Assembly (NCBI GenBank): GCA_955652925.1
Contig: CATPCO010000693.1
Coordinates: 1 to 33,497 of the forward strand
Direction: 5' to 3'
DNA: 33,497 nucleotides
Source of the DNA: an uncultured Xanthobacteraceae bacterium
GTDB lineage: Bacteria > Pseudomonadota > Alphaproteobacteria > Rhizobiales > Xanthobacteraceae
The notes below the pieces were generated by a model. The model was given only the letters and a program-made list of their open reading frames with translations. It ran no database searches and had not been told where the DNA came from. Positions 18,383-26,992 of the stretch are shown here, one piece after another. Position numbers and translations under genes: made by a program. The first letter of the stretch is position 1, and each line of letters opens with the position of its first letter.

Positions 18383-19529
18383 GCTCCCGCCATGCGCGCC
18401 GCAAGACGAGGAGCGCGACGAGAACCGTTGCAGCGAACCCGACCGGCGCTTTAACCACCGGAAAGATCAGGATTAACAGGCTGGCACAGCCGATTCCCGC
18501 CATTTCACCACGCAGCTGCCCTTCGGCTTGACCGGCGTGAAGCAAAAACGCCATTGCCACCGAGAGGACGACCAGGTCATAGAGGAACAGGTACGGTGTC
18601 ACCAGAAGGGTCGCGGTTACGAATGCCGCAGCCTTCATATGAAGGGAGATCCTGCTTCGCCACATTGCCAGGAGGATAGCAGCCACCATAGCGGCGAAGA
18701 GGAATTGAATCGTCCAGGCGAGCGCGATGCTGCCGCCGAGGATACGCGTCACAGCGAAGATGCTTTGCACCTTTGCCAGGTCCGCCCGTCCCTCGCTCAA
18801 AGCGGCCTGTGATGCCGCTGGAACGGAGTGCAAGAACGCCTGCCAGGTTTCGACGCCGAATACCGCCGACGATGCAGCGACCAACAATCCCGTCATGGCG
18901 GCTGCCGCCGCGATTGCTCGCCAATGCCCCCCCGCAAGCAGCACAAGGGGAAACAGGATCCCGAGATGCGGCTTGAACGAGACGAGCCCGATGAGGGAGC
19001 CGGCGAGCACCGGCCTCGATTGCAAGGACAAGAGCGCGGCGCCGATCAAGCCAGCGCTCACGAACCCGTTCTGCCCGACCACCAGGTTCGCGAGGCTTCC
19101 CGGATAAGCGCAAGCGAACAACAGCCCTGCCCGATCGCCGATGATGGCGCGTATGGCAAGGACATAGACAGCGAACGTCAGAGCAATCCAGGAGACATAA
19201 GCCCACAGGAAGGGAAGACACGCGAGCAAAGCCGCCACGAACAGGAATGTCGGCGGATAAATCCAGGGATATTCGCCTTCAAACGGATGACCAACAGCCG
19301 CCGCTTCCGCCTGCTTGTGAGCAACCGCGTCGTAGACCGCCCCGGCAGCTCCATCGAGCGCCTGGCGGCCGCTCGCCCAGACATTCACGAAGTCCGTTGC
19401 AATCAACTGCCCATTCGGATCGACGATCCAGCTGCCCTGAACGAAAGATCCTGCAAGATAGGCGAGCTGCGCTACACAAAGCGCAAAACAGATCAACTCG
19501 ACCGGGCGGCTCAGGCGATACGGCGTCAC
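18318..19529 (-). CDS. Glycosyltransferase family 87 / DUF2029 (GT-C fold) integral membrane protein, paralogue A
   Basis: 403-aa polytopic protein with DFVNVWASGRQAL, GQNGF, RPVLAGSLIGLVSFKPHLGILFPL and VTPYLFLYD. The GTG start at 19529 is 2 nt after the upstream stop. The 3' end overlaps the convergent HIT gene by 65 nt. Confidence 0.8.
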   Translation of the reverse strand: MTPYRLSRPVELICFALCVAQLAYLAGSFVQGSWIVDPNGQLIATDFVNVWASGRQALDGAAGAVYDAVAHKQAEAAAVGHPFEGEYPWIYPPTFLFVAALLACLPFLWAYVSWIALTFAVYVLAIRAIIGDRAGLLFACAYPGSLANLVVGQNGFVSAGLIGAALLSLQSRPVLAGSLIGLVSFKPHLGILFPLVLLAGGHWRAIAAAAAMTGLLVAASSAVFGVETWQAFLHSVPAASQAALSEGRADLAKVQSIFAVTRILGGSIALAWTIQFLFAAMVAAILLAMWRSRISLHMKAAAFVTATLLVTPYLFLYDLVVLSVAMAFLLHAGQAEGQLRGEMAGIGCASLLILIFPVVKAPVGFAATVLVALLVLRRAWRELNLQARPRAFVPVPQAPRALL

Positions 19530-19531
19530 CG

Positions 19532-21046
19532 TCAGCTCGCCGCCTGCCTGATCTTTTGCGGGACCAGGCGCTCGCTTCTCAACGCTTGCTGAACACCCGA
19601 CACTCCGGCCTCGTGGTATTCCGCGTCTTCATTGACGTCCCAGAGATTGTAGATGCGTTGACCCGCCAGAATGTTGCGCGCCGCGAGCATGGCCGTCATC
19701 ATGGCATGGTCCTGGTTATTGTATTTGTGCATGCCATTGCGGCCCACGAGGTGAAGGGTCGGATAGCTGCCCTCGAGATCGAGCCGGATCATCGCGACAT
19801 TCTGGCGGTAGCCGTCATCATAGACGGGATAGGCCTTGGGCTGGCGGACCACGCAGGCATCGGCGACATCCTCGGGCCGGATCAGTCCGACGCGGCCGAT
19901 CTCTGATTTGGCAAGCGCGATGAGCTCCCGATCGCTGGAATTCCACAATGCATCGCCTTCGAAGCAGAAGTATTCCAGTCCAAGGCAACTCTTGCCGGGG
20001 GGAACCATTTCGGGCGACCACGAGCTGAAATTCTGCACCCGGCCGACCTTGACCGCTGGATCATGAATGTAAATCCAGTTGTCCGCAAACAGAGCGGGCT
20101 TATCGACCATCAGCGCGACAGTCATGAAGTCCCGATATCTGAGTTCCCGCGCGTGCAAATATGAGATTGGCCGCGGCGTGATTTTTTGCATCAATTCGGG
20201 AATTGGCGCCGAGCTGATGATATGGTTCGCAGTGAAGCTCTCGTGTGCGCCTTCGATCGTGGATACCTCTACACACCAGATCTTACGGTGCGGATCATAC
20301 GCGAGCGAGGCCAGCTCACGGCCCATCAGGATGTTCCCGCCGCGCTGGCGAATCTTGCGCGCAGCCGCCTCCCACATCATGCCCGGACCTTTGCGCGGGT
20401 ATTCGAAACTCTCGATCAGCGTCTTGACGATCGAACCCGCAGGCTTGCGGGCTGCCGTTCGAACATTCAGCGCACGCCGCAATGCATTGCCGACTGCCAC
20501 GCCAAGATCGAGCCCTTTGATACGCTGGGCTGCCCAATCCGCTGATATCTCATCACACGATAGCCCCCACACTTTCTCGGTGTAGGTCTTGAAGAATATC
20601 GAAAACAGCCGTTCTCCGAACTGATTGCGCACCCAGTCGTGAAACGAGCGCGGGTCTTCGATCGGAAATGCCTTGGCCCATGCATACGACAGCATGCAGG
20701 CTGCGCTCCTGACCATCCCGAGATTGATCAGCGCCTCGAAGGCATTGAGCGGATATGAATAGAACTTTCCTCGATAGTAGATGCGGGACAGGCGCGGACG
20801 ATCGATCAAATCGTCCGGCAGGATTTCGTGCCAAAGCTCGACGATCTCCTTTGCTTTCGAGAAGAAGCGATGACCGCCCACGTCGAACAAGAAATCCTTG
20901 TGGCGCACCGTGCGGCTGATGCCGCCGACATAGTCGGGATCTTTCTCGATCACCGCAACCGAAGATGTCTGCTTGGTCAGACAATAGGCGGCGGTGAGAC
21001 CGGCTGGCCCGGCTCCGATGATGAAGACCTCAACGTGGGCTGGCAT
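19532..21046 (-). CDS. NAD(P)/FAD-dependent oxidoreductase (amine-oxidase / UDP-galactopyranose-mutase-like Rossmann superfamily)
   Basis: ATG 21046 gives MPAHVEVFIIGAGPAGLTAAYCL...VIEKD...GG, the GxGxxG dinucleotide-binding fold. An alternative TTG at 21070 abuts the GtrA stop. The substrate is unknown. Confidence 0.8.
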   Translation of the reverse strand: MPAHVEVFIIGAGPAGLTAAYCLTKQTSSVAVIEKDPDYVGGISRTVRHKDFLFDVGGHRFFSKAKEIVELWHEILPDDLIDRPRLSRIYYRGKFYSYPLNAFEALINLGMVRSAACMLSYAWAKAFPIEDPRSFHDWVRNQFGERLFSIFFKTYTEKVWGLSCDEISADWAAQRIKGLDLGVAVGNALRRALNVRTAARKPAGSIVKTLIESFEYPRKGPGMMWEAAARKIRQRGGNILMGRELASLAYDPHRKIWCVEVSTIEGAHESFTANHIISSAPIPELMQKITPRPISYLHARELRYRDFMTVALMVDKPALFADNWIYIHDPAVKVGRVQNFSSWSPEMVPPGKSCLGLEYFCFEGDALWNSSDRELIALAKSEIGRVGLIRPEDVADACVVRQPKAYPVYDDGYRQNVAMIRLDLEGSYPTLHLVGRNGMHKYNNQDHAMMTAMLAARNILAGQRIYNLWDVNEDAEYHEAGVSGVQQALRSERLVPQKIRQAAS

Positions 21047-21070
21047 GAAAGAAGGCACCTGGCCGAACAA

Positions 21071-21478
21071 TCACGGATTGCGCGCACGCGGGCAGCCCGC
21101 GAGCGGCGCGAACGCAAAAAGACGATGCCCGTTGTATGAGACGAGCGCGCCTGCGGCCGCGCCAATCACGACCGCTGCCTGCGGCAGGGCGGCACATAGG
21201 GTGGAAACGAGAACTGCGAATGCACCGTAGCTCGCGCTCTGCGCCACCGCTGTGACTGCGGCGTAACGCAGTGCTTCCTCGTGCTGCGCGCGGGCGCTGC
21301 GATCAAAGGTAAAGACGCGGTTGAGGCGCCAGGTCAGGACCGTTGCGCCAGCGAGTGCCAGCAAACCCGCAACTAGCGGGTGAAGGCCCTTGCCGAGGAG
21401 AAGCGTAAAAAGCGCGAGATTGACAGTGAGGCCGAGGGCGCCAACCGCACGAAACCGCAGCGGGCGCGGGATACGCAT
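21071..21478 (-). CDS. GtrA-family small membrane protein
   Basis: From ATG 21478 the protein reads MRIPRPLRFRAVGALGLTVNLALFTLLL, the typical GtrA N-terminus, followed by four TM segments. Alternative upstream starts lie at 21565 (ATG) and 21586 (TTG). The stop directly abuts the next gene. Confidence 0.75.
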   Translation of the reverse strand: MRIPRPLRFRAVGALGLTVNLALFTLLLGKGLHPLVAGLLALAGATVLTWRLNRVFTFDRSARAQHEEALRYAAVTAVAQSASYGAFAVLVSTLCAALPQAAVVIGAAAGALVSYNGHRLFAFAPLAGCPRARNP

Positions 21479-21777
21479 CGCAACACTTTGCAGCTCGTGG
21501 TGGCGGGACGGCGAGTGGCGCAGAGGCTCTTCGCCGCTGCCGTCTGCAAGCTTTTGGAAAATCATAATGATTTGTCCGTCGGTCAAACAGCAAGCGACCT
21601 CGGCGGTCGCAAGCGGGCGCCTCCCCGGTCATTTCAATCGCAGAGAATTGTTAAATCGGGCTTTACCGGCCGCCCGGCTGAGTTCGATTACAGTTAAGCA
21701 GATGGCAATGCTCTATCCGCAGTGTGGCTTGATGCCTTGCTTGCCACCCCGGACCCATAAATTTCGCCAATCGGGAA

Positions 21778-23007
21778 ATGTCTATCTCACTAGAACTAAC
21801 GTCAGCAGCCGCTGACGGAAGACATACGTTCTTCAAGCTTGCATTCGCGATCGGCGTTATGGTTGCCGGTTTGGAGATCGGATATCTTCTGCATTCGCCG
21901 TTGCCGTATGATCCGGTCGGGTATCTCGTGGGCCGCGACTTCGCGAATACCTGGGTGGGAGCCCAACTCGCTCTCACCGGGCACCCGCAGACGTATTTTG
22001 CAGCCGATGCTTACAATCGCCTGCTCGCGGAGAAGTTCGGGGCCAGCTATCCCCTCCACATCTGGTCTTATCCGCCGCATGTCCTGCTGTTTACCTGGCC
22101 GCTCGCGCTTATGCCCTACATGGCGGCCTACATTCTTTACTGCGCGCTTGGCTTGGCGGTGTATCTCGCGGTTACCAGTGCGGGCGGGCGGCGGCTCGAT
22201 CATCTCGTCCTGCTCGCAATCGCCCCGGCAGTCATCGTAAACATCTGGTGTGGCCAGAACGGCTTTTTTGTCGCCGCGTTGCTCGCCGGAGGCCTGATGG
22301 TGCTCGACCGGCGTCCAATTCTGGCCGGGCTGCTTTTCGGCATGCTGAGCATCAAGCCGCAGCTCGGCATTCTTCTTCCGCTCATGCTGGCTCTGACCGG
22401 GCGCTGGCGCACGGTTCTCGCTGCTGCGACGACCGTTCTGTTACTGGTGACAGCCGCCTCGTTTGTTTTTGGCGTCGACGTATGGACTGCATACATCAAC
22501 GATGCGATGCCGGTGCAGAGCCGCGTGTTCTTGCGCGAGTTCGAGAATTTCATGACCCATATGCCGACCGCATTCATGAACGCGCGCGTTGCCGGATTGC
22601 CGCTGCCGGCTGCTGCCGGCCTGCAGATTGGGGTTTCGCTTGCGGTGATCGGCGCCGTGATGTGGACGTTCTGGCACCGTCGGGATGCCGATTTATCGAA
22701 CGCGCTGCTGCTGACCGCGGCTTTCCTGGTCACGCCTTATGCATTCAACTACGACATGGTCGTATTTGGCCCCATGATCACCAAGCTCATGGATCGCGAC
22801 GGCAACACACCCTTGGACTATGGCCTGATGCTTGCGGTCTGGGCGCTGCCTGTCCTGACGGTGGCGCTCGGCATTGCAGCAATTCCGCTCTCGTTCCTGC
22901 CGCTGGCAGGCTTGGCGGCGAGGCTCCTTTGGCGACTACAGCGGGCAAAGATTCCGGCAACTGGTCGAAGTGAAGTCGGCAACGCGTGCGTTGCCGTCAC
23001 ACCTTGA
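21778..23007 (+). CDS. Glycosyltransferase family 87 / DUF2029 (GT-C fold) integral membrane protein, paralogue B
   Basis: 409-aa polytopic protein sharing RDFANTWVGAQLAL, GQNGF, RPILAGLLFGMLSIKPQLGILLPL and VTPYAFNYD with paralogue A. It is transcribed divergently from the GtrA operon. Its 3' end overlaps convergent clpA by 11 nt. Confidence 0.8.
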   Translation: MSISLELTSAAADGRHTFFKLAFAIGVMVAGLEIGYLLHSPLPYDPVGYLVGRDFANTWVGAQLALTGHPQTYFAADAYNRLLAEKFGASYPLHIWSYPPHVLLFTWPLALMPYMAAYILYCALGLAVYLAVTSAGGRRLDHLVLLAIAPAVIVNIWCGQNGFFVAALLAGGLMVLDRRPILAGLLFGMLSIKPQLGILLPLMLALTGRWRTVLAAATTVLLLVTAASFVFGVDVWTAYINDAMPVQSRVFLREFENFMTHMPTAFMNARVAGLPLPAAAGLQIGVSLAVIGAVMWTFWHRRDADLSNALLLTAAFLVTPYAFNYDMVVFGPMITKLMDRDGNTPLDYGLMLAVWALPVLTVALGIAAIPLSFLPLAGLAARLLWRLQRAKIPATGRSEVGNACVAVTP

Positions 23008-25429
23008 CGAGCGGCACCTTTGGAACCGACCCACGGGGCGAAGGCGGACCGTTATCCCCGTCGCGCGAGGACTTTCGCCGCGGGCCGCGCCGTTTTGGCT
23101 TTGCCCCCGTCGCCTCGGGAATCTTTTCCGGCTTGGGGGTCACCGGCCCGTCGACATATTCAAAGTCGAGCTTATCCAAACCTGATTCGTCGTCTTTGGC
23201 CACAACAACTTTGACGTGACCACCGGCTTTGAGCTTCCCGAACAAGACTTCATCGGCGAGCGGCTTCTTGATGGTCTCCTGAATGAGCCTCGCCATCGGA
23301 CGCGCTCCCATCTGCTCGTCGTAGCCATGCTCGATCAGCCACTTGCTCGCGGTCTCTGACAGCTCAATCGTGACGTCGCGATCGCCAAGTTGAGCCTCAA
23401 GCTGCATCACGAATTTCTGCACCACCTTGGCGATGATTTCCGGGTTGAGGTGAGCAAACGTAATGATGGCGTCAAGGCGGTTGCGAAATTCAGGTGCAAA
23501 CAACCGGTTGATTGCCTCTAGGTCGTCGCCTTCCCGCTTGATTCGGGTGAAACCATAAGCCTGGCGCGCGAGATCGGCCGCTCCCGCGTTGGTGGTCATG
23601 ATGAGGATGACATTGCGGAAGTCGACCTGCTTGCCGTTGTGGTCGGTAAGCTTTCCATGATCCATGATCTGGAGAAGCACGTTGAAGAGATCGGGGTGCG
23701 CTTTCTCGATTTCGTCGAGAAGGAGAACGCAATGAGGGTGCTGATCGACGCCGTCGGTCAGCAGTCCACCCTGATCGAAACCGACGTACCCGGGAGGCGC
23801 ACCGATCAACCGCGAAACGGTGTGGCGTTCCATGTACTCGGACATGTCGAAACGGATCATCTCCACGCCCAAGGCCGTCGCGAGCTGCTTGGCCACCTCA
23901 GTCTTGCCGACGCCGGTCGGACCTGAAAACAAATAGCAGCCGATCGGCTTCTCCGGCTCGCGCAGGCCCGCGCGGGCAAGCTTTATGGAAGCGGAGAGCG
24001 CAGTAATGGCTTTGTCCTGACCATAAACCACCTGCCTGAGCGCCTGATCGAGGTGCTGGAGCACCGCCGCGTCATCCTTCGACACGGTTTTGGGCGGAAT
24101 ACGAGCCATCGTCGCGATGGTCGTTTCGATCTCCTTTATTCCGATCGTCTTTTTGCGACGGCTTTCCGGCAGCAGCATTTGGGCTGCGCCCGATTCGTCT
24201 ATGACGTCGATAGCCTTGTCCGGAAGCTTGCGATCGTGGATGTAGCGGGCGGACAGCTCCACCGCGGCCTTGATCGCCTCGCTCGTATATTTGAGCTTGT
24301 GGTAATCCTCGAAATACGGTTTGAGCCCCTTGAGAATCTCGATCGCGTCGGGAACGGTGGGCTCGTTGACATCGATCTTCTGGAACCGGCGCACCAGCGC
24401 GCGGTCCTTTTCGAAATACTGGCGGTATTCCTTGTAAGTGGTCGAGCCGATGCAACGCAGCGTTCCCGATGCGAGCGCAGGCTTGAGCAGGTTGGAAGCG
24501 TCCATCGCTCCGCCCGAGGTGGCGCCCGCGCCGATCACGGTGTGGATCTCGTCGATAAACATGATCGCGCCGGGATAGGCTTCGAGCTCCTTGATGACCT
24601 GCTTTAGTCTCTCCTCGAAGTCGCCGCGATAGCGCGTTCCCGCCAGGAGCGTACCCATGTCCAGACTGAATACGGTCGCATTCTTGAGCACGTCCGGAAC
24701 CTCGCCGTGCACGATGCGGCGCGCCAAACCCTCCGCAATTGCCGTTTTTCCCACCCCCGCGTCTCCGACGAACAACGGGTTGTTCTTCTGCCGCCTGCAC
24801 AGGACTTGAATGGTGCGACTAATCTCCGCGTCCCGCCCGATCAGCGGATCGATTTTGCCTTCACGCGCCTTCTTGTTGAGATTTATGCAATAGGCTTCGA
24901 GGGCGTCCCCTTTCTTTTTGGCGTCGTCACCCGACTTGGTATCGGTGTCCTCGTCAGTGCCGCGCACCGGCCGTGTCTCGGACATGCCCGGACGCTTGGC
25001 AATGCCGTGACTGATATAATTGACGGCATCGTAGCGCGTCATGTCCTGCTCCTGCAGGAAATAGGCGGCATGGCTCTCGCGCTCGGCAAAAATTGCAACC
25101 AGCACGTTTGCGCCGGTGACCTCCTCGCGTCCGGATGACTGCACGTGGATCACGGCGCGCTGAATTACACGTTGGAATCCGGCGGTGGGCTTGGAATCCT
25201 CGTTGCCGTCGCTCACGAGATTCTCAAGCTCGCTTTCGAGATAAGCGGTGAGACTGCGACGCAGCTTGTCGAGATCGACGTTGCACGCCCGCATGACTGC
25301 GGCGGCGTCCTGGTCATCGAGCAATGCCAGCAGCAGATGCTCGAGCGTGGCATATTCGTGGTGGCGCTCGTTGGCCAGGGCCAGGGCACGGTGCAGGGAT
25401 TGCTCAAGGTTGCGCGAAAAGGTGGGCAT
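22997..25429 (-). CDS. clpA: ATP-dependent Clp protease ATP-binding subunit ClpA
   Basis: 810-aa protein with N-terminal MPTFSRNLEQSLHRALALANERHHEYATLEHLLLAL. It has two AAA+ modules with Walker A motifs GDAGVGKTAIAEGLA and GPTGVGKTEVAKQLA. It lies directly downstream of clpS. Confidence 0.97.
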   Translation of the reverse strand: MPTFSRNLEQSLHRALALANERHHEYATLEHLLLALLDDQDAAAVMRACNVDLDKLRRSLTAYLESELENLVSDGNEDSKPTAGFQRVIQRAVIHVQSSGREEVTGANVLVAIFAERESHAAYFLQEQDMTRYDAVNYISHGIAKRPGMSETRPVRGTDEDTDTKSGDDAKKKGDALEAYCINLNKKAREGKIDPLIGRDAEISRTIQVLCRRQKNNPLFVGDAGVGKTAIAEGLARRIVHGEVPDVLKNATVFSLDMGTLLAGTRYRGDFEERLKQVIKELEAYPGAIMFIDEIHTVIGAGATSGGAMDASNLLKPALASGTLRCIGSTTYKEYRQYFEKDRALVRRFQKIDVNEPTVPDAIEILKGLKPYFEDYHKLKYTSEAIKAAVELSARYIHDRKLPDKAIDVIDESGAAQMLLPESRRKKTIGIKEIETTIATMARIPPKTVSKDDAAVLQHLDQALRQVVYGQDKAITALSASIKLARAGLREPEKPIGCYLFSGPTGVGKTEVAKQLATALGVEMIRFDMSEYMERHTVSRLIGAPPGYVGFDQGGLLTDGVDQHPHCVLLLDEIEKAHPDLFNVLLQIMDHGKLTDHNGKQVDFRNVILIMTTNAGAADLARQAYGFTRIKREGDDLEAINRLFAPEFRNRLDAIITFAHLNPEIIAKVVQKFVMQLEAQLGDRDVTIELSETASKWLIEHGYDEQMGARPMARLIQETIKKPLADEVLFGKLKAGGHVKVVVAKDDESGLDKLDFEYVDGPVTPKPEKIPEATGAKPKRRGPRRKSSRDGDNGPPSPRGSVPKVPLVKV

Positions 25430-25480
25430 ATCGGCTCCGTCGTAATTAACTGGTTTCGGCGTATCCCTGTTCCGTGACCT

Positions 25481-25876
25481 TCACTTTTTTTCCATCACAC
25501 ATTGCAGAGGATGCTGGTGCTTGCGGGCGAAGTCCATGACCTGCGTCACTTTGGTCTCGGCCACTTCATACGTGAACACGCCGCATTCGCCAATCCCATG
25601 CTGGTGGACATGCATCATGATTCTCTGCGCACTCTCATGATCCTTGTTGAAAAACCGCTCTAGCACATGCACCACAAACTCCATCGGCGTGTAGTCATCG
25701 TTTAAAAGCAGCACTCGATAGAGACTCGGACGCTTGGTTTGCGGCTTGGTCTTCGTGATGACGGCAGTCCCGGGCCCTCCTGAGCCACGGCGCTTGCTGT
25801 TGTCGTCAGCGCCCGAGCGCGGCATTGGCGGCTGGGCTCCCGTGCTGGCACTCTCTTCAGTTGGTCTTCGGCTCAT
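25481..25876 (-). CDS. clpS: ATP-dependent Clp protease adaptor ClpS
   Basis: The core [32 protein letters not shown]...[24 protein letters not shown] is canonical ClpS. The N-terminus is uncertain between ATG 25876 and TTG 25903. Confidence 0.92.
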   Translation of the reverse strand: MSRRPTEESASTGAQPPMPRSGADDNSKRRGSGGPGTAVITKTKPQTKRPSLYRVLLLNDDYTPMEFVVHVLERFFNKDHESAQRIMMHVHQHGIGECGVFTYEVAETKVTQVMDFARKHQHPLQCVMEKK

Positions 25877-26290
25877 GGCATTTTTACGGACTGGACGTGG
25901 CAATGTAGGTAATTTCGCAGGAGGTCCACCGCGGCGATCATAGAGGGCGAGCGACGCTCGCTCCAGCGCCGCTCTCTCGGCCGATTCGCCCCGGAAAATA
26001 CAGTTAATGCCAGGGGGGCTCCTGCGCCAGACCCACTCCCCCCAAGCCCAAGGATCGCAATTTAATTGCGGACAATTCGCGGCAAACCGGCCGCGCAGAT
26101 CTCTCCGACATGATGTCTGCTAGTCATGGCGCGTGCTCAACCGACACCCTCATTGGCGTCAGCCGCACCGTCGGTCTCATGGCTCGACCAAGGTGCGTCG
26201 TGCGGCCCGCGCGGCCTGGTCGTTACGCAAATGCAGTCTTTACGGACGGTCAGCGAACTCTTGTGCTGAAATGAAGATCACCAAAAGCTA

Positions 26291-26312
26291 AGCCCGGCTT
26301 GTAAGCCGGGCT
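26291..26312 (-). terminator. Rho-independent terminator of the phasin gene (potentially bidirectional)
   Basis: AGCCCGGC ttgtaa GCCGGGCT is a GC-rich stem 29 nt after the phasin stop. T-runs flank it on both strands (aaaa at 26283-26286, tttt at 26312-26315). Confidence 0.8.
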
Positions 26313-26340
26313 TTTCGTCGCAGCACAGCTGCTGCACAAC

Positions 26341-26679
26341 TTACTTCGCTGCCGAGATCTTTCCGAATTGGCCTTCGAACGGCTTGTAAGCCTCCTTGGC
26401 GAGATCGGCATAGAGTTCGCCGAGCTTCGTCGCCTGGGCCACAAAGCCTTCATACGAGCTCTTGAGATAGTCGCTTTGCACCTCGAAAGCCTTGTCGAGC
26501 GACTTAGCACCCAGAAGCTTCTCGCTCGCGGCGGTACCCTGCTCGAACACCCGCTTGGAGTAGTCCGCAAACTCGATTGCGATCGTCTGCAGACTTTTCG
26601 ACAGCGCGCCGAATGATTTCAGCGTCGCATCCATATTGTCCTTTCCTAGCTGTTGCACCTCGTCGATATTCCTGACCAT
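26341..26679 (-). CDS. Phasin-family protein (PHA granule-associated)
   Basis: The 112-aa product from ATG 26679 (GAGG RBS) reads MVRNIDEVQQLGKDNMDATLKSFGALSKSLQTIAIEFADYSKRVFEQGTAASEKLLGAKSLDKAFEVQSDYLKSSYEGFV. This looks like an alphaproteobacterial phasin_2-type sequence. The longer track ORF lacks an RBS. Confidence 0.8.
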   Translation of the reverse strand: MVRNIDEVQQLGKDNMDATLKSFGALSKSLQTIAIEFADYSKRVFEQGTAASEKLLGAKSLDKAFEVQSDYLKSSYEGFVAQATKLGELYADLAKEAYKPFEGQFGKISAAK

Positions 26680-26742
26680 TTCAACCTCTATTTGCGTTCT
26701 CACCTGCTGATGGTGGCACGTGGCCCCAGTGGCCACTCTCGG

Positions 26743-26790
26743 AACATATTGCACTGCACAAAAAAGTCAATAATTATTTTGCAGTGCAGC
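26743..26790 (-). promoter_or_regulatory. Candidate phasin promoter overlapped by a TGC-rich inverted repeat (PhaR-operator-like)
   Basis: On the minus strand, TTGACT (26770-26765) is followed by a 16-nt spacer and TATGTT (26748-26743). TGCACTGCA (26750-26758) and its exact reverse complement TGCAGTGCA (26780-26788) flank the -35 box, and the 26750-26758 arm lies in the spacer directly abutting the -10 box. Confidence 0.5.
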
Positions 26791-26992
26791 ATTGCCTCCG
26801 GTTTACCGTTTTGCAATTCGAAATGAGGAAAATCAGGGCAATCTGCCGAATTGCCATGGGGACAGGCACCAAAAAGGTCGGAAAAACTTCAGAAAACCGC
26901 CCTTTTTGCCTCTTCCAATCGGCACGCCTCGGCACGACGGGGGTGTCGGTGCTCTCGGGGAGCACCAAGGGGAACGAGGACGGGGGGAAATC

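Noticed and set aside
21651-21665. Near-CtrA box TTAAatcgggcTTTA in the GtrA/GT87-B divergent region
   Set aside because: The second half-site is TTTA rather than TTAA. A single imperfect match is too weak to call.
26110-26283. 57-codon plus-strand frame ([14 protein letters not shown]...) upstream of clpS
   Set aside because: It has no Shine-Dalgarno sequence and an implausible composition, and its 3' end lies immediately upstream of the phasin terminator hairpin. Coding is not supported.
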